Positions 39,157 to 52,389 are shown, numbered from the stretch's first letter. The stretch is 64,000 nt of DNA from an uncultured Bacteroidales bacterium (GCA_963831935.1 CAWHSH010000001.1:672378-736377), one strand, 5' to 3'. Numbers and translations: made by a program. The notes: generated from the sequence alone by a model not told the origin.

Positions 39157-42054
39157 ATGAAACATCTGCTGATTTTATCCTGTTTCCTTTTTTTTCAGGC
39201 AATATCTCATGCCCAGTATTATAATACAGGACAGGATCCGGCCTCGCTGAAGTGGATGCAGATTAAAACAAACAGATTCACAGTAATTTATCCCCAAAAC
39301 TACGGATCATCCGGTAAGGACCTGGCCCGATCGCTTGAGGAAGCCTGTTCGAGGCTCGCCTATCTGTACCCGCAGTTAAAATTCAGAATACCCGTTATCA
39401 TTCATAATTATACAACCAGTTCGAATGGCTATGTTGCCTGGGCTCCCAGCAGGATGGAACTCTATCCTACTCCTGAGATGAATGCCATACCTCTCGACCC
39501 TGACCGGCAGCTCGCCATTCATGAGCTAACCCATGTACTTCAGATGGAATCGCTTAATAAAGGTTTCACAAAAGTGATGTCAATCCTGGCCGGGCAACAG
39601 TTCACAGGTGTGGTTTCATCACTTTTACCGCTCTGGTTCCTCGAAGGTGATGCAGTTTTTTCCGAATCCGTCCTGACTCCATCAGGCCGGGGAAGGACCG
39701 CTTCCTTTCAAAAACAGCTTAAAGCAATAATGATTGAAAAAGGGAAAATGTATAAATACGATAAAATCGTCAACGGATCATTCCGGGATTTTGTACCCGA
39801 TCATTATCATACAGGTTTTGAGATAATGGCATGGTCTTATACCAAATATGATTCAAGCCTGTGGAAAAAAGCCCTTAGTCTGACAGCCAATGAACCCTTT
39901 ACAATAAATCCTGTAAATCTTAGTCTCAGAAGAACTGCTTCACTTACCAAGAAGAGGTTGTTCAATGAGACTTTTGATACGCTCAGGAATCTGTGGGGCC
40001 AGGATGATGCAGGATCAAAAAATGAATCCTATGAAATACTCAATCCTCCAAAAGGCAAGGAATATATTAATTATTATTCCCCGGTTCTTGCCGGACCGGA
40101 TAGCCTGATTGCCGTTAAAACCTCATTATCCGATTCTCCTGCTTTCGTTCTTATAAATCCATCACAAAAAAAAGAAAAGAAAATTCATATTCCGGGATAC
40201 AGTTATCCATGGTTCCTTTCTTATGCAAAAGGGAAATTAGTCTGGGTTGAAACGCATTCTGATCCAAGATGGGAAAACAGGACCTGGTCGGTCATAAAGA
40301 TTTTGGATTTAAAGCAGAAGGTAACCAAGCAGCTTTCAGCCAGAACAAGGTACCTCTCGGCATCAATATCCACTGACGGCAAGTATATTGCCGCAACCGA
40401 AAATACAGTCGCAAATCAGAATAATCTGGTAATAATTGATGTTTTTAACGGAACCGTTCTGGAAAGCATTCCCGCCCCCGGCAATACCTTCCTCCAGAGA
40501 CCTCAATGGTCGGCTTCAGGGGTTGAGATTACTCTTATTTCATTAACAGAAAATGGGGAAGGAATAATATCATTTGATACGACGACAAAATCCTGGAAAA
40601 CGTTGATTGATGAGAGCAACAACGATCTTCAGGCCACATACATGAGGAACGATTCGTTGTTCTTTGTCAGCTCGGTTTCCGGAACAGATAATGTATTTTT
40701 ACTTGGACCTGACAGGACAGTCAAACAGCTTACAAGATCAAGATTTGGAGTCAGCGATCTCAGCATAAGTAACAAAACATTATTATTCTCAGATTATTCA
40801 TATCTGGGGAATAACATATGTTACACAACACTTGCTGACAATGAGTCCGGAACAGAGAGTTTCAACAGCTCTGCTTCGTATCTCATAAACAGGTTCAAGA
40901 CTTACCCGGAGCTTTCAGTTGCCTCTGCTGATAATGTTTATACACCTGTACCTTACAGAAAATGGCAGCATCTTTTCAGGTTCCACAGCTGGATGCCTTT
41001 CTATGCGGATATTGAAGCAATCAAAAGCGACCCGGCCACTGTAAGACCCGGTCTGACCCTGCTGACACAAAACAACCTCAGCACCCTTATTTCATCGTTT
41101 GGCTATGAATATTCTGACAATATGCATAAGTTTCATTCGAGCATAAGATGGCTTGGATGGTACCTGGTCCTTGAGACACGGATGGATTACGGGAATCCCC
41201 CCTACATAGAAAAATTCCGGGAGGCAGTAAATGATCCTGCCGACATCCTCAAAGGATTTGAATTGACAAATACCCTTTCGCTCCCTCTTGCATTTCAAGG
41301 AGGTCGTTTTACTCAGAATATTTACCTGTCGGCTTCTTCGACATTCAAAAATGATTATATCTATCTGAAAGAAAAAGGAGTTTATGATTCTGGCCAAAAC
41401 GAGTTTACAGGTAGGTTCTATATTACAAACTATCACCGGCAGGCGGTTCGTGATATATTTCCCAGATGGGCACAGATTCTTGATCTGAGCTATTCATTCT
41501 ATCCTTTTGACAAGGATATTTACGGAGATATCCTGACAGCCAAAACTGCCTTTTACTTCCCGGGGATTTTAAAAAACAATGGTTTCAGGCTCCGCGTTGA
41601 AGCTGAAAATCAGAATCCAAAAAAATTCATTCTTGGGAACAGGGCATCATTTTCAAGGAGCTTTGATAATGTTGTGTCAAGGAAGTATGAGTTCTATTCA
41701 GCCGATTACTTTTTGCCTCTTGCATATCCTGATTTCAATTTATCAAGCATTTTATATCTGACCGTATACGCACCGATTTCTTTTACGATCTATACGTGTG
41801 GCACCGGGAATTATGTATTCACAACTGGAACAGAGGGAAGCACAAGGGAATATCACGATTACCGGGAAACATTTAGATCATTCGGTATGCAGCTGATGTC
41901 AGACTTTTATATCTTCCGCATTCCGTTTATGATCTCTGCCGGACTGGAGGCATCCTGGCGTAGCCTCGGGGAAACACCGTTTCTGAAAATGCTTTTCAAT
42001 ATTGATCTGTTTGGGATGAACATCGGCAAACGAGGAATTGAACACCGGAGGTGA
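39157..42054 (+). CDS. Secreted/outer-membrane protein: zincin-like HExxH domain + TolB-like propeller + probable C-terminal beta-barrel
   Basis: Signal peptide; HELTH and WFLEG; ISTDGK/PQWS blades; amphipathic beta-rich C-terminus. Confidence 0.65.
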   Translation: MKHLLILSCFLFFQAISHAQYYNTGQDPASLKWMQIKTNRFTVIYPQNYGSSGKDLARSLEEACSRLAYLYPQLKFRIPVIIHNYTTSSNGYVAWAPSRMELYPTPEMNAIPLDPDRQLAIHELTHVLQMESLNKGFTKVMSILAGQQFTGVVSSLLPLWFLEGDAVFSESVLTPSGRGRTASFQKQLKAIMIEKGKMYKYDKIVNGSFRDFVPDHYHTGFEIMAWSYTKYDSSLWKKALSLTANEPFTINPVNLSLRRTASLTKKRLFNETFDTLRNLWGQDDAGSKNESYEILNPPKGKEYINYYSPVLAGPDSLIAVKTSLSDSPAFVLINPSQKKEKKIHIPGYSYPWFLSYAKGKLVWVETHSDPRWENRTWSVIKILDLKQKVTKQLSARTRYLSASISTDGKYIAATENTVANQNNLVIIDVFNGTVLESIPAPGNTFLQRPQWSASGVEITLISLTENGEGIISFDTTTKSWKTLIDESNNDLQATYMRNDSLFFVSSVSGTDNVFLLGPDRTVKQLTRSRFGVSDLSISNKTLLFSDYSYLGNNICYTTLADNESGTESFNSSASYLINRFKTYPELSVASADNVYTPVPYRKWQHLFRFHSWMPFYADIEAIKSDPATVRPGLTLLTQNNLSTLISSFGYEYSDNMHKFHSSIRWLGWYLVLETRMDYGNPPYIEKFREAVNDPADILKGFELTNTLSLPLAFQGGRFTQNIYLSASSTFKNDYIYLKEKGVYDSGQNEFTGRFYITNYHRQAVRDIFPRWAQILDLSYSFYPFDKDIYGDILTAKTAFYFPGILKNNGFRLRVEAENQNPKKFILGNRASFSRSFDNVVSRKYEFYSADYFLPLAYPDFNLSSILYLTVYAPISFTIYTCGTGNYVFTTGTEGSTREYHDYRETFRSFGMQLMSDFYIFRIPFMISAGLEASWRSLGETPFLKMLFNIDLFGMNIGKRGIEHRR

Positions 42055-43469
42055 TCAAAGGGTTCTGGCGGTCTTTTTGATAAGTTCCCATGCCTTTTCG
42101 ACATGTTCGATTCTGACATTTGTCTGACCTGTAACCATACGCAGTGTGTAAATACCGTTGATGACTGTATGGGTCAGGTACATTTTGCCGGTGTCATTGA
42201 GCCGGTGGTTAAGGCTTCGTTTATCCCGTTAAGCTGATCATCAGGCATTCCTTCGGGTTTGAAACGGAAGCATACAACGTTTATGACCACCGGTGCAAGA
42301 ATTTCAAAATCGGGTTCCTTTGAATATCATTTCAGCAAGGGTTGCGGCCAGTTTAATGTGATAGCTGAATTTTTTCCTGCAAGTCCCTCAACACCGTACA
42401 TTCTCATTACGCTCCAGAGCTTCAGCGCCCTGAATCTTCTGCCAAGGGGGACACCCCAGTCGCGGTAATCATTGACTTTGCCCCTGGTCCTGGTCTTGAG
42501 ATATTCAGGGAGGATCTCAAATGTTCTTATAAGCTGCTCCGGATACCTTACAAAAAATGCAGAACAGTCAAAATTTGTGAACATCCATTTATGCGGATTG
42601 AAAACAAAAGAATCGATATATTCCCTGCCGTCGATCATCCATTGAAATTCGGGCAGAATAAGGGCCGTTCCTCCCATTGCGGCATCAACGTGGAGCCAGA
42701 TATCGTTTCTGGCACAGATCTCTCCTATGGCTCTTAAAGGGTCGACAGCAGTGGTTCCTGTTGTACATATTGTTGCAACAACGCAACAGGGCAGAAAACC
42801 TTTTCTAATGTCGTATTCCACAGCTTCCTTAAGTTTTCCGGCATCCATTGAGAAGTCGTCCTTTACCGGAATTCTGACAATATTCTTTCTTCCAATACCG
42901 CTGATCTTCACTGCTTTTTCAACTGACGAGTGGGTCTGACCGGTGCAGTAGATCCTGAGAGTCCGGGCCGACTGGCCACCATCGTCGTTTATCCTGAATC
43001 CGGTTGCTTTTTCCCTGGCGGTAAGGATCGCAGCAAGTGTTGAGGTAGATGCAGTATCCTGAATAACCCCTTCGAAACTAGCCGGGAGTCCAATAAGGTC
43101 CCTCAGCCAGATCATCATTTTTTCTTCAAGCTCTGTTGCAGCGGGAGATGTTTCCCAGATCATGCACTGCGCACTCAGGGTAGCTATTATCATTTCCGCA
43201 AGGATCGAAGGAGGACTTGTGTTGGCCGGGAAATACGCAAAGAAATTGGGGCTTTGCCAGTGGGTAATGCCAGGCATAATGATCTCCTCGAAATCCTTCA
43301 TCATTGAATCAAATGATTCGGGATGAAGCGGCGGTTTATCCGGTATTCTTTTAAAGATTTCACCCGGTTTTACCTGTGATTTGACAGGATAATTTTCGAT
43401 ACTTTCCATATAACCGGCCATCCAGTCAACCAGTCGGTGGGCATGTTTCCGGAACTCTTCGGGGGTCAT
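42055..43469 (-). CDS. ddc: PLP-dependent aromatic-L-amino-acid decarboxylase family protein, frameshift near 42330
   Basis: PGITHWQSP, SPAATELE, HVDAA, FNPHKW, RRFRALKLW; tail AWELIKKTARTL* ends 42055. Confidence 0.85.
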
Positions 43470-43479
43470 TGACTATGTC

Positions 43480-43725
43480 CTATTTTACTGATTCGGCAAG
43501 AAGAATAATCCTGTTGGTTTTTACCTCGATTACCCCGCTGTCGATTATGAAGTTGACAGGTTTATTGTCGTTGTCAATAATTCTGACAGGTCCGTATTCG
43601 AGTGTGGAAATTATTGGAGCATGGTCTTTCAATACCTGAAAAGATCCTTTTTTCCCGGGTACTCTTACTGACTTTATTTCACCCTCATAAATTTTCCGGT
43701 CGGGAGTAATGATTTCTATCTTCAT
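43480..43725 (-). CDS. atpC: ATP synthase F1 epsilon subunit
   Basis: IITPD, PGKKGSFQVLKDHAPIIS. Confidence 0.9.
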   Translation of the reverse strand: MKIEIITPDRKIYEGEIKSVRVPGKKGSFQVLKDHAPIISTLEYGPVRIIDNDNKPVNFIIDSGVIEVKTNRIILLAESVK

Positions 43726-43794
43726 GAACAATCTTTAATTCTGGTTGCTGATTACTGGTTACTGGTTGCTGGTTAGGTAAACCAGAAACTTTGA

Positions 43795-45304
<1,510 letters not shown>

Positions 45305-45380
45305 AAATGCGAATTAGTTATGTAATTTGAATAAATGAATCTTAATTTCCAAAATTTATACTAATGTCTAGAGTCCTTAA

Positions 45381-46355
45381 TTAATAGTCGCGTCCGACCA
45401 GAGATCCGGTCATCAGGATCAGTTCTTCCTTTCTCTCCTGAGGCACTCCGACCTTTTCCAGCAGGCTTACAGCGGTTTTAAAATAGTCACCGGCCAGATT
45501 TTCAGCAATGTATTTAATGTTCAGCTGGTCGTATATATCTGTAACTCTTTTAACTTTAGTTTCAGGGTCAGGGATTTCTGCCATATATTCTTCCTGAAGC
45601 TTCTTTTTCTGCTCTGAATTAGCTATTTCCAGTGCTTTTACATATAGAAAGGTTTTTTTACTGGCAACAATGTCCCCGCCCGAGATCTTACCAAAGACCT
45701 TTGAATCGCCATACGTATCAAGAAGGTCATCCTGGATCTGAAAGGCAAGTCCGAGGCTCCTGCCATATTCATAAATAAGCTCACATTCCCTGTCATCTGC
45801 CCCGCCGAAAATTGCACCTATTCTGACTGAAGCGGCGATCAGCGCTGCTGTTTTAAGTTCGATCATCCTCAGATATTCATCGTGCGACACGATTGCTGCC
45901 TTTTCATAATCCATATCCAGCTGCTGCCCCGTACACACATCGATTGCAGCTTTGTTAAAAACCCGGAATACTTTCTGCATAATGTGGGAGGGAGACTGGA
46001 GGAAACATTCATTCGTAATAAATGCCATTACGTCACCCGAGAGAATTGCCTGATTAACGTTCCACTTGCTGTGAACGGTTGAAAATCCTCTTCTGACCAG
46101 GGCCTTATCCATTATATCGTCGTGTATGAGGGTAAAATTGTGAAAGATTTCCAGTCCTGTTACCGGTATCACTGCTTCATCGATCTTATCGCTGAAAAGA
46201 TTGCAGGTCATCAGGGCAAGAACGGGCCGCAATCTTTTTCCACCTATCGAAAGGATATATCTCACAGGATCGATAAGTCTCTCAGATTCCGTATTATACG
46301 AAAGATTGACTAACGCCTTATTAACAATTTTCTTTAACCCCGATTGATTGTACAT
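45381..46355 (-). CDS. Polyprenyl diphosphate synthase
   Basis: GGKRLRP, HDDIMD and QDDLLD aspartate-rich motifs, LKTA. Confidence 0.92.
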   Translation of the reverse strand: MYNQSGLKKIVNKALVNLSYNTESERLIDPVRYILSIGGKRLRPVLALMTCNLFSDKIDEAVIPVTGLEIFHNFTLIHDDIMDKALVRRGFSTVHSKWNVNQAILSGDVMAFITNECFLQSPSHIMQKVFRVFNKAAIDVCTGQQLDMDYEKAAIVSHDEYLRMIELKTAALIAASVRIGAIFGGADDRECELIYEYGRSLGLAFQIQDDLLDTYGDSKVFGKISGGDIVASKKTFLYVKALEIANSEQKKKLQEEYMAEIPDPETKVKRVTDIYDQLNIKYIAENLAGDYFKTAVSLLEKVGVPQERKEELILMTGSLVGRDY

Positions 46356-46388
46356 AGTTCTTTTGACAATACAAATTGTAATTCAATT

Positions 46389-47273
46389 TCATCCCTTCAA
46401 CGCTTCAGCTCCGCTGACGACCTCAAGTATCTGATTTGTGATTGCAGCCTGCCTTGCCTTGTTATACTGCAACGTCAGTTCACGGATCATCGTTGTTGCA
46501 TTATCAGTGGCTTTATGCATAGCTGTCATCCTCGCGCCGTTCTCGGCAACAAATGAATCAAGCACAGCTTTATAAAACTGAATTTTAAGCGATTTCGGGA
46601 TAAGTTCCTTCACTATTGATTCCTTATCCGGTTCATAGATATAATCCACCGGAGTCTGGACTTTTCCGGTGTCCGGTACAGTATTAACAGGCAGAAACAC
46701 TTCATTTGTCAGGATCTGTACGGCGGCATTCTTGAAGTGGTTATATATAATGTCGACCCTGTCAAAATCACCTTTTACGAAATTATTCATTATGTTTTCA
46801 GCAATAGTAACAGCCTTTTCAAAAGTAACCTCATTGAGAAGTTCGTTTTTTTCTCCTGCAATTTTAAGTTTCAGTTTCCTGATATTATCATAGCCCTTTT
46901 TCCCTATCAGAAGGAAATTGACATTACCTTTTTTGTATTGCTCGTAATAGTTGTCGGAGATAACTCTTTTTGCCTCTTTTATAACATTTGAATTAAATGC
47001 TCCGCACAGACCCCTGTTTGACGTTATTAAAATGATGAGGATTTTTTCGGGGGCAGATTTCCTGGCATAGACGTTTTCAATTTCTGAATCTGCGAGACTT
47101 TGTGAAAGGTTAACAAGGATCTCATAGAGTTTATTTGCATAAGGCCTCAGCCTGACAATCTTGTCCTGGGCTTTCCTGAGTTTTGCTGCAGAGACCATCT
47201 TCATTGCAGAGGTGATCTGCCTTGTTGATTTAACCGAAGTTATCCTGATTCTTATAGCTTTTAAGTTCGGCAT
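46389..47273 (-). CDS. atpG: ATP synthase F1 gamma subunit
   Basis: QITSAMKMV, RGLCGAFN, RQAAITNQILE. Confidence 0.95.
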   Translation of the reverse strand: MPNLKAIRIRITSVKSTRQITSAMKMVSAAKLRKAQDKIVRLRPYANKLYEILVNLSQSLADSEIENVYARKSAPEKILIILITSNRGLCGAFNSNVIKEAKRVISDNYYEQYKKGNVNFLLIGKKGYDNIRKLKLKIAGEKNELLNEVTFEKAVTIAENIMNNFVKGDFDRVDIIYNHFKNAAVQILTNEVFLPVNTVPDTGKVQTPVDYIYEPDKESIVKELIPKSLKIQFYKAVLDSFVAENGARMTAMHKATDNATTMIRELTLQYNKARQAAITNQILEVVSGAEALKG

Positions 47274-47306
47274 TCAATGTTTATTAATTCAGTTCTCAGT
47301 TCCGGT

Positions 47307-48887
47307 TCAGGGTTTGTATTTGCTGACCAGATCCAAAGCAACTTTTTCAAGAGTATTTGTTATATCATTGTTCAATGTTCCTTCAGCCAGAAGGTCGAGA
47401 ATATTCCTGTGTTTAAGGTCGAGGTATTCCAGGAATTCATTTTCAAACTCCCTCACTTTATTTACGGGTACATCTTTAAGTAAGCCCATAGTTCCGCAAT
47501 AGATGATCGCTATCTGGTTTTCAACAGGAACAGGAGAATACTGACCTTGCTTAAGGATCTCAACGTTTTTGGCGCCTTTGTTAAGGATTGCCAGAGTTGA
47601 TGCATCGAGATCGGAACCGAATTTTGAGAAAGCTTCCAACTCGCGGTATTGTGCCTGGTCAACTTTCAGGGTTCCGGCAATTTTCTTCATTGCCTTGACC
47701 TGGGCATTGCCGCCAACCCTTGAAACTGAGATCCCAACATTGATTGCCGGACGTACGCCCGAGTTGAAAAGACTTGACTCAAGGAATATCTGCCCGTCAG
47801 TTATTGAAATAACATTCGTCGGGATATAGGCTGAAACGTCGCCGGCCTGGGTTTCAATTATCGGCAAGGCTGTAAGTGAGCCGCCTCCTTTTACCATATG
47901 ACGGATAGATTCCGGCAGGTCGTTCATCTTCCTGGCGATGTCGTCCGATTCAATAATCTTGGCAGCTCTTTCAAGAAGCCGGGAGTGAAGGTAAAAAACA
48001 TCACCCGGATATGCTTCGCGTCCGGGCGGACGGCGCAGAAGAAGTGAAACTTCCCTGTATGAGACAGCCTGTTTTGACAGGTCGTCATAAATGATCAGGG
48101 CATCACGTCCGGTATCGCGGAAGAATTCTCCGATTGCAGCGCCGGAAAAGGGGGCATAGAATTGTGAAGCAGCGGGATCTGATGCTGTTGCCAGCACTAT
48201 AACCGTGTAATCCAGAGCGCCATGCTCCTCAAGTGTCTTTGCGATATTGGCAACTGTCGAACCCTTCTGACCGACTGCAACATAGATGCAGTAAACCGGC
48301 TTCCCCTTTTCGAAGTTGCTGCGCTGGTTTATTATAGTATCAATTGCGATAGCTGTTTTGCCTGTCTGACGGTCACCGATAATAAGTTCACGCTGGCCTC
48401 TTCCTATTGGTATCATTGCATCAATTGCTTTCACACCTGTTTGCAGCGGCTGTTTTACCTGCTGGCGGAAGATGACACCCGGGGCTTTTCTTTCAAAGGG
48501 CATTTCAAAGATCTCGCCCTCAATGGGTCCCTTTCCGTCAAGTGGCTGGCCGGTCGGGGTAATAACCCTTCCAAGCAATCCCTCACCAACTCCTATTGAA
48601 GCAATCCTTCCAGTGCGTTTTACTATGTCTCCCTCATTTATCTCCTCGGTTGGTCCCAGCAACACTGCACCAATATTGTCTTCCTCAAGGTTAAGGACTA
48701 TGGCTTCGATGCCATTTTCAAATTCAATCAGCTCGTTTGATTCCGCATTTGAAAGGCCGTAGATTCTCGCTATTCCGTCCCCAACCTCCAGAACAGTACC
48801 GACCTCTTCAAGTTCAGCGCCGGTCTGAATGCCCTCGAGCTGTTGTCTTAGTATTTTTGAGACTTCTGCTGGTTTAATATTTGCCAT
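47307..48887 (-). CDS. atpA: ATP synthase F1 alpha subunit
   Basis: [29 protein letters not shown]. Confidence 0.97.
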   Translation of the reverse strand: MANIKPAEVSKILRQQLEGIQTGAELEEVGTVLEVGDGIARIYGLSNAESNELIEFENGIEAIVLNLEEDNIGAVLLGPTEEINEGDIVKRTGRIASIGVGEGLLGRVITPTGQPLDGKGPIEGEIFEMPFERKAPGVIFRQQVKQPLQTGVKAIDAMIPIGRGQRELIIGDRQTGKTAIAIDTIINQRSNFEKGKPVYCIYVAVGQKGSTVANIAKTLEEHGALDYTVIVLATASDPAASQFYAPFSGAAIGEFFRDTGRDALIIYDDLSKQAVSYREVSLLLRRPPGREAYPGDVFYLHSRLLERAAKIIESDDIARKMNDLPESIRHMVKGGGSLTALPIIETQAGDVSAYIPTNVISITDGQIFLESSLFNSGVRPAINVGISVSRVGGNAQVKAMKKIAGTLKVDQAQYRELEAFSKFGSDLDASTLAILNKGAKNVEILKQGQYSPVPVENQIAIIYCGTMGLLKDVPVNKVREFENEFLEYLDLKHRNILDLLAEGTLNNDITNTLEKVALDLVSKYKP

Positions 48888-48926
48888 GTTGTAAATGCTT
48901 AAAAACTTTATTTATTAAAATTAAAG

Positions 48927-49475
48927 TTATATTCCTATTGAACTGGTTTTAAGTTCTTTCTGTATTTTTCTGAGTTTGTTCCTGATGCTCGCATCGATAA
49001 AGTTGTCTCCAATTCTCAGAACGAAACCGCCGATTATACTTTCATCAACCGACTCTTTCAGGACAACCTTCGTTTTGAACAGATCTGCTATAAGGTCAGA
49101 AACCTGTTTTTTAATTTTTGTGTCAACTTTTACTGCAGTTGTCAGGAACGATTCTGTTATACCTTCGTGTATAAGTGTATTATGAACGAAAACCCTGGCT
49201 ATTGCAGGTAAATATCTTTCCCTCCCGTTTTTCACTACCAGGTTGACCAACGATAATGTTAATTTATGCACGTTGTTAACCAGTAATTTGTGAAACACCT
49301 CTGTTTTCTTCGAAGGGATAATAATAGGGCTGTTCAGAAATTCTTTTATATCCGGTAGATTACACATCTCTTTAATCAGGATCATATCCTGATTTACCCG
49401 GCTCAGGAGATTTTTTTCGAGGGCGGACTGGAATAATGCTTTTGAGTACCTTACGGAAATTCTGCTTTCGTTCAT
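48927..49475 (-). CDS. atpH: ATP synthase F1 delta subunit
   Basis: RYSKAL, IIGGFVLRIG..IDAS. Confidence 0.92.
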   Translation of the reverse strand: MNESRISVRYSKALFQSALEKNLLSRVNQDMILIKEMCNLPDIKEFLNSPIIIPSKKTEVFHKLLVNNVHKLTLSLVNLVVKNGRERYLPAIARVFVHNTLIHEGITESFLTTAVKVDTKIKKQVSDLIADLFKTKVVLKESVDESIIGGFVLRIGDNFIDASIRNKLRKIQKELKTSSIGI

Positions 49476-49489
49476 TAATGAAAAACTTA

Positions 49490-50005
49490 TTAGTTTTTGG
49501 TTAAATTTATCTCCTTCAGGTAGTTATTTATAAGTTTTTCCTGCTCGCCGGTGTGTTTTAGTTTTTCACCGAGAAGTTTTGAGGCTATTTCAACTGAAAG
49601 CGTTGTTACCTGTTCCCGTATTTCCGCGAGAGCCATTGCCTTCTCCTTTTCTATCCCGGTTCTGGCTTTCTCAACAAGCTTAGCCGCTTCTTCACATGCT
49701 TTGCCTTTGGCCTCTGCGATCAGTTTATCACGTACATCGCGGGCTTCTTTCAGGATCCCTTCCCGTTCCTCTCTTGCTTTTTTCAAAATTGCTTCGTTAT
49801 CGCTCTGAAGCTTTGCCATTTCTTTTCTTGCTTTTTCAGCGGAGGCAAGCGATCCCCTGATCATTTCATCCCTTGCTTTTACTGCACCAAGTATTGGTTT
49901 CCAGGCAAATTTCTTAAGTATAAGAAAAAACATGAGAAAAATAATTGTTGTCCAGAAAACCAGGCCTATTGCCGGAGATGTAAGACTGTTTGCTAATAAG
50001 ACCAT
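49490..50005 (-). CDS. atpF: ATP synthase F0 b subunit
   Basis: N-terminal TM, KFAWKPIL, coiled coil. Confidence 0.93.
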   Translation of the reverse strand: MVLLANSLTSPAIGLVFWTTIIFLMFFLILKKFAWKPILGAVKARDEMIRGSLASAEKARKEMAKLQSDNEAILKKAREEREGILKEARDVRDKLIAEAKGKACEEAAKLVEKARTGIEKEKAMALAEIREQVTTLSVEIASKLLGEKLKHTGEQEKLINNYLKEINLTKN

Positions 50006-50033
50006 ATTTTAAAATTTTGCTGTTTAAAATTAT

Positions 50034-50066
50034 AAAAGGAGCTGCAACCAACCGTTGCAGCTCCTT
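50034..50066 (-). terminator. Strong hairpin between atpE and atpF (partial terminator or stabiliser)
   Basis: AAGGAGCTGCAAC-CAACC-GTTGCAGCTCCTT followed by T-run on - strand. Confidence 0.65.
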
Positions 50067-50070
50067 AATG

Positions 50071-50298
<228 letters not shown>

Positions 50299-50312
50299 TT
50301 AAACAATAAAAA

Positions 50313-51377
50313 TTAATGATGTTCTTCCTTTACTGCCAGACTGATAAATAAGGCTGACAACAATGTGAAAACATATGCCTGCAGGAATGCAACAAAAAGT
50401 TCGATGCAATCCATAAAAATTACCATTAAAATAGAAGCCGGGGCTACCGCAAGTGAATTAAAAATGAAAATAAGTGAAACAAGGCTTATTACTATAATAT
50501 GCCCTGAAGTTATGTTGGCAAAAAGTCGGATCATCAGTGCGAAAGGCTTTGAAAAAATCCCTATTATCTCGACCGGGATCATTATTGGCAAGAGCCAGAA
50601 CGGGACACCGGGGGCGGCAAAAATTTCACGCCAGTAATGTTTGTTTCCGCTAAACTGTGTAATAATAAAAGTAAAGATTGCCAGAACGAATGTAACAGCA
50701 ATATTTCCGGTTACATTAGCGCCAAAAGGAGGTGGAAAAGGGATCATTCCCATCAGGTTATTTATAAGTATGAAAAAGAAAACCGTAAGCAGATACGGCA
50801 TGTACTTTTCGTACTTTTGTTCTCCTATGTTGGCAAGTGCTATATCATCGCGGACAAAAAGGATGACCGGTTCAAGGAAGCTCTGAATTCCTTTCGGATG
50901 GCTTATTCCAGTCTTTTTGTATGAGCGTGATAATGCCAGAAATAGCCAGAGGCCGATTAGTGCAGCAAAAAATAATCCAACAACAGATTTAGTTATCGAA
51001 AAATCGAGGGGAAGCTTAGTTTCATTCGGAGTGCCATCCGGATTTAAGCTGACAATTTTTCCTTTAAGGTCGCCTTCTTCATCAAGTTTGTATCCTTTAA
51101 ATTCATTTCCATGTGCAAGTTTTTTTGAGGAGAAAATATCCAGTCCCTTTTCTTTTGAATAGACAATTACCGGAAGGTAAATTGCCACACTTTCTCCATT
51201 TTGCTTTGTCAGTATGTGCCATTCATGCGAGTCGGCAATATGATCAAGGATAAAACTGCTTGCTTCGAATTCTTCCCTTGCCTTCGGTGTTCCATTTTCT
51301 TCCTGTGCATGGATACGGACAGAGAATAGCAAAAGCAGGATAATTAACGAAAACCCTCGTAAAAATCGCATTTTCAA
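50313..51377 (-). CDS. atpB: ATP synthase F0 a subunit
   Basis: HIADSHEWH, IRLFANITSGH, AFLQAYVFTLL. Confidence 0.93.
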   Translation of the reverse strand: MKMRFLRGFSLIILLLLFSVRIHAQEENGTPKAREEFEASSFILDHIADSHEWHILTKQNGESVAIYLPVIVYSKEKGLDIFSSKKLAHGNEFKGYKLDEEGDLKGKIVSLNPDGTPNETKLPLDFSITKSVVGLFFAALIGLWLFLALSRSYKKTGISHPKGIQSFLEPVILFVRDDIALANIGEQKYEKYMPYLLTVFFFILINNLMGMIPFPPPFGANVTGNIAVTFVLAIFTFIITQFSGNKHYWREIFAAPGVPFWLLPIMIPVEIIGIFSKPFALMIRLFANITSGHIIVISLVSLIFIFNSLAVAPASILMVIFMDCIELFVAFLQAYVFTLLSALFISLAVKEEHH

Positions 51378-51389
51378 ATCATCATTGTT

Positions 51390-51773
51390 TTATAAAGATT
51401 TGTTTTTCAATGTGTTCAACATCAGGTATATTGAAAACATAGAGAAAGCTAAATATAGTACAAAAAATAATAAAAGAGAGCCGGTACCGGTTTTTTTAGC
51501 AATAAAAAACCATGCCAGGACGAGGATGAGTTCCAGAAGCATTTTAAGGCTTAATGCAAAAAGAATATGCATCGTCTGGCTTTCGTTTCCCTTTTTTTCC
51601 CCCCTGTGGAAAATGTAAACGGTTATAAGTGAAATTGCAAAAAAGCAGAATGTTAATGTTGAAACATCGCTGAACATAAGGTTTATATCAATCAGGAGAA
51701 TCAATGCCAAACCAGCGATAAGTGCCAGTGACGTTAATAAGAGCAGACCGATGAAGTATTTTTTAAAAGTCAA
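51390..51773 (-). CDS. Membrane protein upstream of atpB (ATP synthase protein I-like)
   Basis: 4 TM, position in atp operon. Confidence 0.65.
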   Translation of the reverse strand: MTFKKYFIGLLLLTSLALIAGLALILLIDINLMFSDVSTLTFCFFAISLITVYIFHRGEKKGNESQTMHILFALSLKMLLELILVLAWFFIAKKTGTGSLLLFFVLYLAFSMFSIYLMLNTLKNKSL

Positions 51774-51785
51774 CTGTGAAAGTGA

Positions 51786-52040
51786 TCACCTGATAAAATC
51801 CTTGAGAGCAGTATAAATTCCAGCAAACACACCAAGAAGGGAAAGAATAATCGTAAAAACGGGAGTTGATAATCCAAGGACTTTATCGAGCTTGATGCCG
51901 CACCATGTCATTACCAGTATTATGACTATCATCTGGAATGCCAGGCCAGAGTATTTTCCAAAATCCCTTAATCCTTTATTTTCCTGGTCTTTCGGTGATT
52001 TTTTCTGGTTCTTTTGTTTTTGTGAAAGCTGTTCCTTCAT
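51786..52040 (-). CDS. AtpZ/AtpI-family protein
   Basis: KYSGLAFQM..G..LD..P.F motif. Confidence 0.8.
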   Translation of the reverse strand: MKEQLSQKQKNQKKSPKDQENKGLRDFGKYSGLAFQMIVIILVMTWCGIKLDKVLGLSTPVFTIILSLLGVFAGIYTALKDFIR

Positions 52041-52389
52041 TGTTTTCACCCTCACTCATTTTGCAATTCCCTGTAAATTTTGCTCCCGGCTCAATTGAAA
52101 GTTTGAAAGTAATTATATCACCAATTATTTTCGAATCAGCCTTGAGGGTAAGAAGCTGGCTCACACAGATCTTTCCTTCAATTGTACCTGAAACTTCCGA
52201 GTTCTTACAAAAAACTTCACCTTTGGCTTTTCCGGTTGGTCCGATGACTACTTTGCCCTTGGTTGTAAGGTTACCGGAAAGTACACCGTCGATCCGGATA
52301 TCACCGTTGGATTTGACATCTCCTGTAATTTCGGTTCCATTACTGATAAGGTTGATGGTAGTATTGTCAGTTTCATTAAATTTTCCCAT
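51976..52389 (-). CDS. Bactofilin (polymer-forming cytoskeletal protein)
   Basis: GTEITGDV..GDIRIDG, IEPGAKFTGNC. Confidence 0.88.
   Translation of the reverse strand: MGKFNETDNTTINLISNGTEITGDVKSNGDIRIDGVLSGNLTTKGKVVIGPTGKAKGEVFCKNSEVSGTIEGKICVSQLLTLKADSKIIGDIITFKLSIEPGAKFTGNCKMSEGENNEGTAFTKTKEPEKITERPGK

Noticed and set aside
51976-52040. Bactofilin/AtpZ 65-bp overlap as a novel overlapping-gene system
   Set aside because: Both overlapping segments are low-complexity, lysine-rich termini; the AtpZ start is uncertain and an indel could explain it.
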